Numbered from the stretch's first letter, positions 36,215 through 45,463 are shown. The stretch is 64,000 bases of DNA from Candidatus Omnitrophota bacterium (GCA_945877765.1 CAMDWQ010000005.1:604-64603), one strand, 5' to 3'. A program made the numbers and translations. The notes: generated by a model from the sequence alone, not told the origin.

Positions 36215-36432
36215 ACAACCCCTCCGCCTTCGGCACCTCCCCTTCGAAAGGGGAGGAAATCGTGCTGTCTTTCCCCTCCCTTTTAAAACAGAAGAAAATC
36301 AAGCACCTTTTCCCCTCCTTTCGAAGGAGGGGTGGCGCCGAAGGCGACGGGGTGGTTGACACGTTCAACACCATGTCTAAACCCCTGCAACCCCTCCGCC
36401 TCCGGCACCTCCCCTTCGAAATGGGAGGAAAA
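36215..36432. repeat. MITE family B ('CCCCTCCGCCTCCGGCACCTCCCCTTCGAAAGGGGAGG ... CCCCTCCTTTCGAAGGAGGGGTGGCGCCGAAGGCGACGGGGTGGTTGA'), 1.5 copies inserted between the moxR and DUF58 genes
   Basis: Nearly identical to 62418..62540. Imperfect terminal inverted repeats and internal palindromes. Confidence 0.55.
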
Positions 36433-36436
36433 TTTT

Positions 36437-37432
36437 CTACGGAACCTCAATCTGGTCAAATACCATTTTCACCAAATCTTCCGAAGTTTTTTGCTCAGCT
36501 TCGGCTTCATACGTGGGAATTACTCGGTGGCGCAGCACATCCAGTCCGATGGCTTTCACGTCATCCGGCACCACATAGCCGCGGCCTTTGAGAAAAGCAT
36601 GGGCTTTCGATGCAATATTTAGATAAATCGTCGCACGCGGTGACGCGCCGTAAAGCACAAGCGCTTTCATCCCTTTTATTTTATAGGCTTCGGGGTCCCG
36701 CGTCGCGCATATGATATTGACGATATAATCTTTGATTTTGTCATCGATATAAATCTCTTTAACCACCTCGCGGGCGCGCAAGATATCCTCGGGTGTTGCC
36801 ACGGGCCTAATCACCGCGGGCTTGTGTCCTGCCATGCGATCCATGATTTCCAACTCTTCCTTCTTGTTGGGATAATTAATTTTAAGTTTAAACATAAAAC
36901 GATCTACCTGCGCTTCAGGAAGCGCGTAGGTTCCTTCCTGCTCAATCGGATTTTGAGTCGCCATGACCATAAAAAGATCCCCCAGCGAATAAGTCTGCCC
37001 GCCCAGCGTGATCTGTCTTTCCTGCATCGCTTCCAAAAGAGCGCTTTGAACCTTCGCCGGCGCGCGATTAATTTCATCCGCGAGAATTATATTAGAAAAA
37101 AGAGGGCCTTTTTTAGTCACAAACTCGCCAGTCTTCGCATTGTAAATCTGCGTCCCCAACAAATCCGCCGGCAAAAGATCCGGAGTAAACTGTATCCTCT
37201 GAAAACCCGTGCTGATCGCCTGCGAGAGCGTTTTTACAGAAAGCGTTTTTGCCAGCCCCGGCACACCCTCCAACAGCACGTGCCCATCCGCCAAAAGACT
37301 CAACAAAAGCCTCTCCACCAGATAATTTTGTCCAACAATGACTTTGCCGATTTCCGCCTGCAAAGCACGGATCAACACACTCTCTTTTTCAACTTTTTGG
37401 GCGACTTCTTTGATATCAACGCTCATAATCAA
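36437..37432 (-). CDS. MoxR-family AAA+ ATPase
   Basis: 'LLEGVPGLAKT' Walker A and full MoxR-like length. First gene of the Bat-type operon. Confidence 0.85.
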   Translation of the reverse strand: MIMSVDIKEVAQKVEKESVLIRALQAEIGKVIVGQNYLVERLLLSLLADGHVLLEGVPGLAKTLSVKTLSQAISTGFQRIQFTPDLLPADLLGTQIYNAKTGEFVTKKGPLFSNIILADEINRAPAKVQSALLEAMQERQITLGGQTYSLGDLFMVMATQNPIEQEGTYALPEAQVDRFMFKLKINYPNKKEELEIMDRMAGHKPAVIRPVATPEDILRAREVVKEIYIDDKIKDYIVNIICATRDPEAYKIKGMKALVLYGASPRATIYLNIASKAHAFLKGRGYVVPDDVKAIGLDVLRHRVIPTYEAEAEQKTSEDLVKMVFDQIEVP

Positions 37433-37514
37433 GACCTCCTAAATATTAGGGTATTATACTAAATATTTGAAACAAATGTGAAGCACCCATCTCTCCATGT
37501 CTCTTTGTCCCCCA

Positions 37515-37735
37515 TGTCATTCCCGAGAGTTTTAATCGGGAATCAAACCCAAACTGCGTCATTCCCGAAATCTTTAATCGGGAATCAAACCGGGGTATGA
37601 TCCCCGATAAATAATCTCGGGGATGACACTGGGGTGAGACTGGCATGACACTCGCATAAGACACTGGCATGACACTCGCATAAGACACTGGCATGACACT
37701 GGGTTGACACGGGTGATGCTAGGAATGACACCAGA
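37515..37735. repeat. cluster of MITE family A elements (3 hairpin units) plus a 24-bp tandem repeat (gacactggcatgacactcgcataa, x2.5)
   Basis: Direct reading: 'gtcattcccgagagttttaatcgggaatcaaac', 'gtcattcccgaaatctttaatcgggaatcaaac', 'ggtatgatccccgataaataatctcggggatgacac', then tandem units. Confidence 0.55.
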
Positions 37736-37739
37736 AACA

Positions 37740-38129
37740 CTAATTTAATATTTTAAACGATTTCTGTCCAAACACCGTATCATTTACAAAAATCCTAAAT
37801 TCATATTCTCCCGCATGCTCAAATTTGACCGAAAAAATATTAAACACAAGCTCACAATCCCGCGAGCGGTCCTTCACCGTATATCCCTGAATCATTGCCC
37901 GGTGCATCGATTTCCCCTCGTTCAAATCAAACAGCTCGAGCGAAAAATCAAACGTCCCCTCAATCTCGCGAAACTGGACATAAATACTCATCGACGGGTG
38001 CGAGGACGGAAACTTCACTGACTTAATTCGGTCAAAAATACCAATCAGCGTGCGTTTATGCGTCCCCTCCTCGACAAGCGTCTGGTCACAAAGAAGTATG
38101 GCTTTCAAAATCGGCTTTAAGTGCATCAA
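37740..38129 (-). CDS. hypothetical protein (129 aa)
   Basis: ORF with good coding look. Stop/start coupled to the downstream TPM gene. Confidence 0.4.
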   Translation of the reverse strand: MMHLKPILKAILLCDQTLVEEGTHKRTLIGIFDRIKSVKFPSSHPSMSIYVQFREIEGTFDFSLELFDLNEGKSMHRAMIQGYTVKDRSRDCELVFNIFSVKFEHAGEYEFRIFVNDTVFGQKSFKILN

Positions 38130-38557
38130 TCCTCCGTAACGGTGTCTGGTAATTGGTTGGTGTCGCCAAGTTTAGCGGGGAAATATAATTGGAGCTGTTC
38201 ACCAACGCTCCAGATCCCCGCCAAAAGACCTTTTTTGATTTCATTCTTTTTAAAAAAACCCAGCATCAGGTCTCGTGTTTGGTCCCAAAAATAGGGCCGG
38301 ACTCTCTGGTGAATTCCTGAGTCTCCCACAATCACCAATTGATGACTTTCAAGGGCAATAAATAGAAGGACAGCATTTTTTTCTTTTGTCCGATCAAGCC
38401 TCAATTTTTTAAATAAGCGCTGGGCTTCTATTTTTGGATCTCGACTACACTTTTTTCTCAAATGCACTTGAATCTCGCCAGTAGTCAACCGCTCTGCTGT
38501 ACGAATCGCCTCAACAATTTGCCCTTCATCTTCTTTAGAAAAAAAAGGTCCTACCAT
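38126..38557 (-). CDS. TPM-domain protein (TLP18.3/Psb32/MOLO-1 family)
   Basis: 'AVLLFIALESHQLVIVGDSGI' is the TPM-domain core. Start at the internal Met (MVGPFF); the ORF-track N-terminal extension is W/R-rich nonsense. Confidence 0.55.
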   Translation of the reverse strand: MVGPFFSKEDEGQIVEAIRTAERLTTGEIQVHLRKKCSRDPKIEAQRLFKKLRLDRTKEKNAVLLFIALESHQLVIVGDSGIHQRVRPYFWDQTRDLMLGFFKKNEIKKGLLAGIWSVGEQLQLYFPAKLGDTNQLPDTVTED

Positions 38558-39250
38558 GAGCCGCTGGACCCCCCACCGCCAAAACTCCCGCCGCCGCCGC
38601 CGCCAAATCCCCCTCCACCCCAACCACTGCCTGAAGACCCGCCACCACCCCACCAGATAAACGGACCTCCTCTTCCAGAGTAAGTTCTCCCTTTGGATCG
38701 TTCGAGCACGATGATAATAAAAATCAGCATCAACACAAAAAGAACGGGCTTGAAAGAATTTATTTTTTCATCATCAATAGTTGCCGCGTACTCTCCTCTT
38801 GTCGCGCGCAGAATCCCATCCACCGCCTTCTCGACGCCGACATCATAATTTCCCTCCCGAAAGTTGGGCACTATTTCATTTTGAATAATCTGATTAGCCG
38901 TCACATCCGGCAAAGCGCCTTCAAGGCCGTAGCCTACTTCAATACGTACTTTCCTGTCGGATTTAAAAATAAGCAGCATGACGCCATTATCTTTCTCTTT
39001 TCCGCCAATCTTCCATTGCTCAGCCAAGCGAATCGAAAAATCCTCCAGCGAACCCCCTTCCAACGAATCAAAAATCGCCACCACCACCTGCGTGGAATTC
39101 GCCTTTTCAAACTCCGCTAAGGTCGTCTCCATTTTTTCCCTGCTCTCGGAGGAGAGAAGGCTAATATAGTCGTTCACGTAATGCTCGGGTTTTTCGGGAA
39201 TGGGGAGCGCGAAAGCGGGAGATGATAAGAGGGAAATAAACAGCCCTACG
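38551..39250 (-). CDS. TPM-domain protein with TM and Gly-rich tail (YgcG-like). Start codon unclear, and the reading frame runs on into a MITE
   Basis: 'TQVVVAIFDSLEGGSLEDFSIRLAEQWKIGGKEKDNGVMLLIFKSDRKVRIEVGYGLEGALPD' TPM signature. C-terminal TM plus 'GGGGSSGSGWGGGGFGGGGGGSFGGGGSSGSW'. No ATG before the signal peptide 'RLFFRVIVGLFISLLSSPAFA'. Confidence 0.5.
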
Positions 39251-39300
39251 ATTACTCTAAAAAATAGTCGCCGGTATGATCCCCGATTAAACAATTCGGG

Positions 39301-39500
39301 GATGACATGGAGTGCCAGGGTCCAACACCCGACGGGTGGCGCCAACTCCCGGCACGCGGTCAAAAAATTATTTCGGGACGCGTAGATGAGACGAGCGGCC
39401 ACGGTGTCCCGTCGTAGTAGACGGGACGAGCGAGTCCTCATCTCCGAGTTAATTTTGCCTCGGCGGGGCAAAATTAACGCCGGCCCGAAATGATTTTTTG
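39301..39500. repeat. composite structured element: family-C-like head ('cccgacgggtggcgcc') followed by a ~170-bp region bounded by a 27-bp inverted repeat (gcacgcggtcaaaaaattatttcgggac / gcccgaaatgattttttgaccgcgtgc)
   Basis: Long perfect inverted repeats visible directly. Inner second inverted repeat 'ctccgagttaattttgcctcggcggggcaaaattaacgccgg'. Confidence 0.45.
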
Positions 39501-39517
39501 ACCGCGTGCCGAGCACA

Positions 39518-40108
39518 TTAGAACTGAACTTTAGGCGCCTGCGCCGCACCCACATCCGATTTAAAATATTCTTTGGCCTTAAATCCAAACATTCCCCCAA
39601 TAATATTGGATGGGAAAGAGCGAATCCGCGTATTAAACATCTGCGCCGCCTCGTTAAAGCGTCCGCGCTCAACCGACACCCGATTCTCCGTCCCCTCCAG
39701 CTGGGCTTGAAGCGCGATAAAGTTCTGGTCAGCCTTGAGCGCTGGATAATTCTCCGACACCACCAAAAGACGGCTAAGTGCCGAACTCAAACCGCTCTGC
39801 GCCTGTTGAAACGCCTGAAACTTCTGCGGATCCGTCAGCATATCTGAGGAAATCGTCCCCCCGATCCGCGCTCTAGCATCCGTGATCCCCTGCAGTGTCG
39901 ATTTCTCGTGAGCCGCGTAGCCCTTGACCGTCTCCACGAGATTAGGAATCAAGTCCGCTCTTCGCTGATACACATTTTCAACCTGAGACCAGGCTTGGCT
40001 GACTTTTTCATCCAATGCGACCAGATTGTTAAACGCACCCGCCAGCGACATCCCCACCAACACAATCACACCCACTACAATCAAAAGCACTTTCAACCCT
40101 GTTTTCAT
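39518..40108 (-). CDS. LemA family protein
   Basis: N-terminal TM. 'NNLVALDEKVSQAWSQVENVYQRRADLIPNLVETVKGYAAHE' is the LemA signature. Classic lemA-TPM(ygcG) pairing. Confidence 0.75.
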   Translation of the reverse strand: MKTGLKVLLIVVGVIVLVGMSLAGAFNNLVALDEKVSQAWSQVENVYQRRADLIPNLVETVKGYAAHEKSTLQGITDARARIGGTISSDMLTDPQKFQAFQQAQSGLSSALSRLLVVSENYPALKADQNFIALQAQLEGTENRVSVERGRFNEAAQMFNTRIRSFPSNIIGGMFGFKAKEYFKSDVGAAQAPKVQF

Positions 40109-40200
40109 TTTAAAACCCCCTTATAAAAAGATAGTCATTTAGTTTAAGCTCCCCTGAAGGCGAAGTCAACAGAGCCCGGGTCAGCTCTCCCCATTCACGG

Positions 40201-40566
40201 TTATTGTCTTTTGATAACACCCAGGATTAAAGAAACGAGTCCCGCGGCTAAAAAGCCTAGAGGGAAGAGCCAGATGCTGGTAAAACTGTTTAGCTTCACG
40301 GCGGGTGTTTTTGTTGAATGGTAGTAAACCGAAACACGATCGCCGACGCGGCGCAGCCGACTAACCGGCACCACAGCGCTTTGGGCTTGACCGGCCAATT
40401 CAAAAGATATCGTGGCCCTCGCACCCCTTCTAAGAATTTCTATATGCGTGATAGCCCCATCGATGGGCGTGGCACCCTTCAGATAATCAATCGTCTGAAA
40501 CAGACAATACCCGCCAACCGCAAAAAAAATCACCGCCAACATGACCGAAGTTATAATATTTTTCAT
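40201..40566 (-). CDS. small membrane protein, hypothetical
   Basis: Two TM segments at the ends. 121 aa. Confidence 0.4.
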   Translation of the reverse strand: MKNIITSVMLAVIFFAVGGYCLFQTIDYLKGATPIDGAITHIEILRRGARATISFELAGQAQSAVVPVSRLRRVGDRVSVYYHSTKTPAVKLNSFTSIWLFPLGFLAAGLVSLILGVIKRQ

Positions 40567-41033
40567 AAATCCAAAGCCTTTCGCATGTTCACCGCTTCGT
40601 GGTAACCGCCTTTGTAGCGTTTGATCACCTGTCCTTTTTTGTTGGTCACAATAAAGGTGGGATAATTATTGATTGAGGCTGCTTTTTTGTATTTTGATTC
40701 CAAGTCCATCACGACGGGAAGCGGGTAGGTGCCGGCGTAGTCCAAAATTTTGGCCGGGGTGTCGGCGCCTACGACGATGGTGAACGGAATGCCGTCGGTT
40801 TCCATCTGGCTGTTTAAATCAACAATCATAGGGGTCAGTGATTTGCAAGCCCCGCACCAGGGCGCCAGGTAGACCGTCAAGCACTTTTCCGCGGAGCAAG
40901 GCCCGCCCACCAAGACCTTTTCTTCAGCGAAGGTGGAGGGGAATTTTTTTAAAGCCATTTCTGGAATTTTTTTGGGAGATAGAAAAAACCAAACCCCTGC
41001 GGCGACCAGCATCAGTACGATTATTTTTTTCAT
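40563..41033 (-). CDS. thioredoxin-fold thiol:disulfide oxidoreductase (TlpA-like)
   Basis: Signal/TM, 'WCGACK' CxxC active site. Confidence 0.7.
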   Translation of the reverse strand: MKKIIVLMLVAAGVWFFLSPKKIPEMALKKFPSTFAEEKVLVGGPCSAEKCLTVYLAPWCGACKSLTPMIVDLNSQMETDGIPFTIVVGADTPAKILDYAGTYPLPVVMDLESKYKKAASINNYPTFIVTNKKGQVIKRYKGGYHEAVNMRKALDL

Positions 41034-41039
41034 GAATGG

Positions 41040-41267
41040 TTAAAAATTTTGGTTAGTGAAGAACACAATAAAGGTGCCAAAGCCTGCGTTCATGAGGGCC
41101 GCTGTCCAGAATAAAACGGGGTTCTCTTCTCTGACAACGCTGACGAGGCGCGGGAAAATGCTAACCCCCGTGATCGGCGGTTTTATAAACAAAATGGTGC
41201 CCGTTAAAACGCCCCACGTGACCAACACGATATGACCCCAGCCCCATATTTGCAAAAATATTTCCAT
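41040..41267 (-). CDS. small membrane protein
   Basis: 75 aa, two hydrophobic helices. Confidence 0.3.
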   Translation of the reverse strand: MEIFLQIWGWGHIVLVTWGVLTGTILFIKPPITGVSIFPRLVSVVREENPVLFWTAALMNAGFGTFIVFFTNQNF

Positions 41268-41395
41268 GTCCCTTCCTCCAAGCCTAAGGTTCGGATAACC
41301 AATTGACTATACCCGACGCTCCAATTTAACACAACTCAAGAAGACATCATGGAAAGTGACAGCTCAAAAAACTTTATGCTATAATTCCTTTATCT

Positions 41396-42463
41396 ATGAC
41401 GCGAAACAATCTGATTTCGTATTTCTTTGCTGCTCTCCTGCTTTTCATTCTGTATAGCACGCTTTTAGTGCTTTCTCCGTTTACTCAACCTATTTTTTGG
41501 GCGGTGGTCATCGCGTTTGGATTTTATCCCCTGCACCAGCGCATCGTCGCCGTATTTAAAAAACGTCATGACTTGGCCGCATTTTTTAGCACCCTCCTTA
41601 TTTTTTTAATCGTCGCACCGATCCTGATTGCTCTTGTCGGCGCCTTGGTTCGGGAAGTCATCAGCGCTTATCAATGGGGCGTGGATGCGGTTAAAAGCGG
41701 TGAGATTGAAAATTGGGCCAACCGGATCCACCTTATCCCTTGGGTCCAACAAATTGAAAACTCCGAAATCTTTCAGACGCAGTGGATTCACGAGGGGCTA
41801 AAAAAACTTCTCATTAATTATACTGATTTTTTTGGCGCCTTTGCTCTTAAATCGGCAACCCTGGCCACTAAAAATATATTTGTCCTGGTAATTAACTTTT
41901 TCATCATGATATTTCTTATTTTCTTTTTTTTGAGGGACGGCATTGGGATCTACCGCTTTATCTATCAAATCACCCCCCTTACCGAAAAAACAAAGAAGCT
42001 TGTTTTCAAACAACTGGAAGACACCTTCTCCGCAGTCATCCGCGGACAGCTCGTGACGGCTTTAGTCCAAGCCATTGCGGCGGGAATTATTTATTGGCTC
42101 TTGGGTGTTCCCCTTCCGCTTTTCTTTGCCGGCGTGACGTTTATTGCCTCCCTGATACCGGTGGTTGGTGCCGCCGTGGTTTGGGTTCCTTTGGTCATTT
42201 ACCTTTTCTTTAAGCAACTGTATCCCAATGCACTCATTTTATTTTTGATGGGAGTCTTTGTGATCAGTTTATTGGACAATCTTTTGAAGCCCATCCTGAT
42301 CGGAAAGAAAACAAAACTGCCCTACCTGCTTTTATTTCTGGGTATTTTGGGAGGCTTGCAAGTGTATGGCCTGATGGGCATCTTCCTGGCGCCGGTTGTC
42401 CTGTCCTTATTCTTCGTATTGATCAAAATCTATCAGGAAGAAATTCTCGACGAAAGAAATTAA
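41396..42463 (+). CDS. AI-2E family transporter (PerM/YdiK-like)
   Basis: 355 aa, ~8 TMs. The only long + strand gene in this block. Confidence 0.8.
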   Translation: MTRNNLISYFFAALLLFILYSTLLVLSPFTQPIFWAVVIAFGFYPLHQRIVAVFKKRHDLAAFFSTLLIFLIVAPILIALVGALVREVISAYQWGVDAVKSGEIENWANRIHLIPWVQQIENSEIFQTQWIHEGLKKLLINYTDFFGAFALKSATLATKNIFVLVINFFIMIFLIFFFLRDGIGIYRFIYQITPLTEKTKKLVFKQLEDTFSAVIRGQLVTALVQAIAAGIIYWLLGVPLPLFFAGVTFIASLIPVVGAAVVWVPLVIYLFFKQLYPNALILFLMGVFVISLLDNLLKPILIGKKTKLPYLLLFLGILGGLQVYGLMGIFLAPVVLSLFFVLIKIYQEEILDERN

Positions 42464-43380
42464 GACTCTAGCTGGATGAAGGATATCATTCGCCCGGCTT
42501 GTTCTTTTTCCTGGCGGAAGGAGTAAAAATATTTCTTTTTAGAAACCGTGCAAAGTGCCGTATCTAAAAAATTTTCAGATGGCACTCCGACGAGCATTAT
42601 TTGCTCCCGGTTCTCTCTTACTAAATCAAAAGTATATTTCTTCCCGCGTTGACGCAAGGCCGGACCTGAAAAAAAATTCTTAAATTCCGCGCCGACCTGA
42701 TAGTGCTTGGCGCAAATCGACGGTCCAAAAATAATGTAAATTTCGGATGGCTTGCATTTTGATTTTTCCAAAAGAAGATCGACGGCATTTCGTGAAATTT
42801 TCTGCTGGGTCCCGCGCCAGCCGGCATGCACGATCCCCACCCAGCCAGGCGCGTAGAAAAAAATCGGCAGGCAATCCGCAGTCATCACCAAAAGGGTAAG
42901 CCCCGCGATATCCGTGATCATCCCATCGGTATTTTCCAATCGGTGAAAACCCGCAAACCTCTGCCCCGACTTCTGCTCAAGTACAGCCACCCCGGACCCG
43001 TGAACCTGCTTTGAGTAGACAAACCGCCCTGGAAATTTTATTTTTTTTGAAATAGTCACAGCGCTTGCCGAGAGAGCCTTTTGTAGTTTAATTTGATTTT
43101 CCTCGATCCCCAAATCCTCTGATTTTTTTATCAATAACGGAAAAAACTTTGTGGTGATTCCAAGGGTCGCTTTTTGTTTTTTCCATTCGGGAAAATAAAT
43201 GAAATCTCTTTTAAAAATAATATACTTCCATTTGTGTTTCAAGCTAAAAGCCAAAGACGGCACAGCCAGCGTTAGGCCGAGAAAAATAAGTGGCAGTCCT
43301 GGGATGATTGGCAGAATCCAGCCGATAAGCCCTATCAAAATTAAAAAAACTCCAACAATAAAAAGAAATATTTTTTTCAT
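42460..43380 (-). CDS. fusion of YbaN-like (DUF454) membrane domain with a PgeF/YfiH (DUF152) purine nucleoside phosphorylase/laccase-like domain
   Basis: N-terminal 'GWILPIIPGLPLIFLGL' (DUF454 signature). C-terminal 'FYAPGWVGIVHAGWRG' (YfiH/PgeF signature). Confidence 0.6.
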   Translation of the reverse strand: MKKIFLFIVGVFLILIGLIGWILPIIPGLPLIFLGLTLAVPSLAFSLKHKWKYIIFKRDFIYFPEWKKQKATLGITTKFFPLLIKKSEDLGIEENQIKLQKALSASAVTISKKIKFPGRFVYSKQVHGSGVAVLEQKSGQRFAGFHRLENTDGMITDIAGLTLLVMTADCLPIFFYAPGWVGIVHAGWRGTQQKISRNAVDLLLEKSKCKPSEIYIIFGPSICAKHYQVGAEFKNFFSGPALRQRGKKYTFDLVRENREQIMLVGVPSENFLDTALCTVSKKKYFYSFRQEKEQAGRMISFIQLES

Positions 43381-43382
43381 CG

Positions 43383-44018
43383 CTAGTTTTTTTCGACTTG
43401 AGCAAATGGAAGGTCGAGTACAGGAAAATCTTTTGCATTTTTAAAATCAAAATGCCACCATTCAGTGGTGATGCCGCCAAAACCTTCAGCCTCCATTGCT
43501 TCCTGAAGAATCTGCCGGTTGTTTCTCTCTTCTTGGGTGCCGCCCGTATAATTCCGGTGGGCACGCTCGGAAAATTCATCGTAGCCTGACGGCATCGACA
43601 GCTCTTTTCCTTGAGTATCCACCAGTGTTAAGTCCACGGCCATGCCGCGGTTGTGATTAGACCCTTTGGCGGGGTTGGCCACATAGCCCTCTACCGGATA
43701 TTTGGCCCACATTTTTTTCTGAACCGAAAGCGGCCGGTAGCCATCGTAAATTTTAAGGCCAAGCCCGCGTTTCTGGAGAGCTTCCTGGACTTTCAATAGA
43801 GCCTCCGCCGCTTCCCTACGCAGAAGAATACGAGCGTCTTGAGGATAAAGAATTTCGCCGACAAAATTATCCTTGGTTTTGTACCGGATATCGACAAGCA
43901 CTTTGGGATTCTGATTCTGGATGTCTATCAATTGCGGCTCTTGCGCACAGCTCGGGGAAGTAGCAAACAAGCAGGCGGCGATAAGGAGGGCTCGTCGAAA
44001 TCTCTTGTATCGCCGCAT
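43383..44018 (-). CDS. D-alanyl-D-alanine dipeptidase (M15D, VanX/DdpX family)
   Basis: 'SNHNRGMAVDLTL' and 'EWWHFD' zinc-ligand motifs. Signal peptide. Confidence 0.75.
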   Translation of the reverse strand: MRRYKRFRRALLIAACLFATSPSCAQEPQLIDIQNQNPKVLVDIRYKTKDNFVGEILYPQDARILLRREAAEALLKVQEALQKRGLGLKIYDGYRPLSVQKKMWAKYPVEGYVANPAKGSNHNRGMAVDLTLVDTQGKELSMPSGYDEFSERAHRNYTGGTQEERNNRQILQEAMEAEGFGGITTEWWHFDFKNAKDFPVLDLPFAQVEKN

Positions 44019-44027
44019 GCTGTCTGT

Positions 44028-44348
44028 TTACTTGCCTTTGGAGGCGGCCTTTCGGACTTTGTATTGCTCATCCTGGGATTTGAAAAATGGCACTGGGTTT
44101 AAATTCTCTGCCCAAGTGCTTGTCGGGCGCATAGATGAAAAACCCGAACGCTCGGCTTCTCTGGCCCAAAATCCGGGCGCCGCGTTTTTAGCTTCAGTTG
44201 CTTGCGCCTTGCGGCCCTCTCGCTGTGCCTTTTTGATCGCCGTCATTTCCTGGCGGTGAGCCTCACGCGCTGCGTCGGGACCTTGGGCCGCCAACGCCTG
44301 CGAACACACAATCGATAAAAATAAAGTAAATATAATCTGCTTTTTCAT
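44028..44348 (-). CDS. small secreted protein, hypothetical
   Basis: Signal peptide 'MKKQIIFTLFLSIVCSQALA'. Confidence 0.35.
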   Translation of the reverse strand: MKKQIIFTLFLSIVCSQALAAQGPDAAREAHRQEMTAIKKAQREGRKAQATEAKNAAPGFWAREAERSGFSSMRPTSTWAENLNPVPFFKSQDEQYKVRKAASKGK

Positions 44349-44366
44349 TCGATCTCCTTTTATATT

Positions 44367-44684
44367 TTAGGACGAGAAAAACTCCCGAGCCTTTTGCTTA
44401 CCGGTAATATCCTTATAATCCTCGTAATCAATAAACGTAAGGTCTGGCCGCCGCTCCTTGATACGCTTCACCGTCCCGCCGCGATTGGCATCCAGGCGCC
44501 CGGTGTTGCGAGAGGTAATAAATCGAAATTTCACGCCACACTGGGGACAGACAGGCGTATTTTGATAATCAATGCCCAACTCTCTGCAGGCCGTACAATC
44601 CGCTGTCACATCGCCTACAATCAAGAGACATTTAGAAATTTCCGTAATATCGCAAGCCTGCCACACGCGTAGGTAAAAACTCAT
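44367..44684 (-). CDS. hypothetical Cys-rich protein (possible zinc ribbon)
   Basis: 'CTACRELGIDYQNTPVCPQCG' CxxC...CxxC. Confidence 0.35.
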   Translation of the reverse strand: MSFYLRVWQACDITEISKCLLIVGDVTADCTACRELGIDYQNTPVCPQCGVKFRFITSRNTGRLDANRGGTVKRIKERRPDLTFIDYEDYKDITGKQKAREFFSS

Positions 44685-44691
44685 CGTTCTA

Positions 44692-44823
44692 TCATCCCCG
44701 TCTCACCCCACAGTGTCATCCCTGAATCACTCCCCACATCATCCCCACAGTGTCATCCCCGAGATTATTTATCGGGGATCATGCATAGGTTTGATTCCCG
44801 ATTAAAGCCTTCGGGAATGACAT
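44692..44823. repeat. MITE family A cluster (degenerate direct repeats 'cacagtgtcatcccc' + hairpin units)
   Basis: 'gtcatccccgagattatttatcggggatcatgc' and 'gattcccgattaaagccttcgggaatgacat'. Confidence 0.5.
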
Positions 44824-44845
44824 TATACGACCTTAAACGATGACC

Positions 44846-45463
44846 TTAAAACAAACTTGTCGGAAACGCGTTTTCCGCTTTTTTATGGGACTGGATCTCA
44901 TTCACCGCGTTGGACCAATTAATCGCCACTTCGTATTTCTGATAATCGCGGTTGGAAACAAAATAAATTTTCCCGTGCTTAAGGCCATATTCATAAAGGT
45001 CCTTGGTGATGCGCACGTCATCGATGCAGTATTTTTTAAGCTCGTCCATGCGGCCTTCGTTAAAATATTTGATCGCGTCCAGGCCACTGCCCGATTTGGA
45101 TTCGCCCAGCGTCGCCTGAGCCACACTCTGCAAGCTGATGCGGTGGCCACGCACCTTTTCAAATTCTTCCAAGAGGTCCAGGACAGGGAAATTTTTAATC
45201 GGTGTAATTAAATACGGCGCCAAGACCTCCATATCGAAGCTGCGAACATTAAACCCAATGACCAAATCCGCTTTTTTTAAATAGTCCTCAAATTTGAGCA
45301 TTTCTTTTTCTTCGAATGCCAGATACTTGTCTGTTTTGGAATCGTAAAGACAGGCGACGGACACTTTTAGAAGATGAAGCTTCTTGCGGTCCACTTCATT
45401 AAACCCTTTTTGGGTTTCAACGTCCACCACCACATAATGTAGCCCGGAGGAATTAGAGATCAT
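44846..45463 (-). CDS. DEDD-type 3'-5' exonuclease domain protein
   Basis: 'VVVDVETQ' (Exo I), 'GFNVRSFD' (Exo II), 'YCIDDV' (Exo III). Start at the internal Met. Confidence 0.5.
   Translation of the reverse strand: MISNSSGLHYVVVDVETQKGFNEVDRKKLHLLKVSVACLYDSKTDKYLAFEEKEMLKFEDYLKKADLVIGFNVRSFDMEVLAPYLITPIKNFPVLDLLEEFEKVRGHRISLQSVAQATLGESKSGSGLDAIKYFNEGRMDELKKYCIDDVRITKDLYEYGLKHGKIYFVSNRDYQKYEVAINWSNAVNEIQSHKKAENAFPTSLF

Noticed and set aside
37620-37700. Possible CRISPR array (repeated 'gacactggcatgacactcgcataa' units and recurring hairpins across the window)
   Set aside because: There are only about 2.5 tandem copies with no spacers. The dispersed hairpin elements have irregular spacing and variable internal loops, which fits MITEs rather than CRISPR. 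No cas genes are present.
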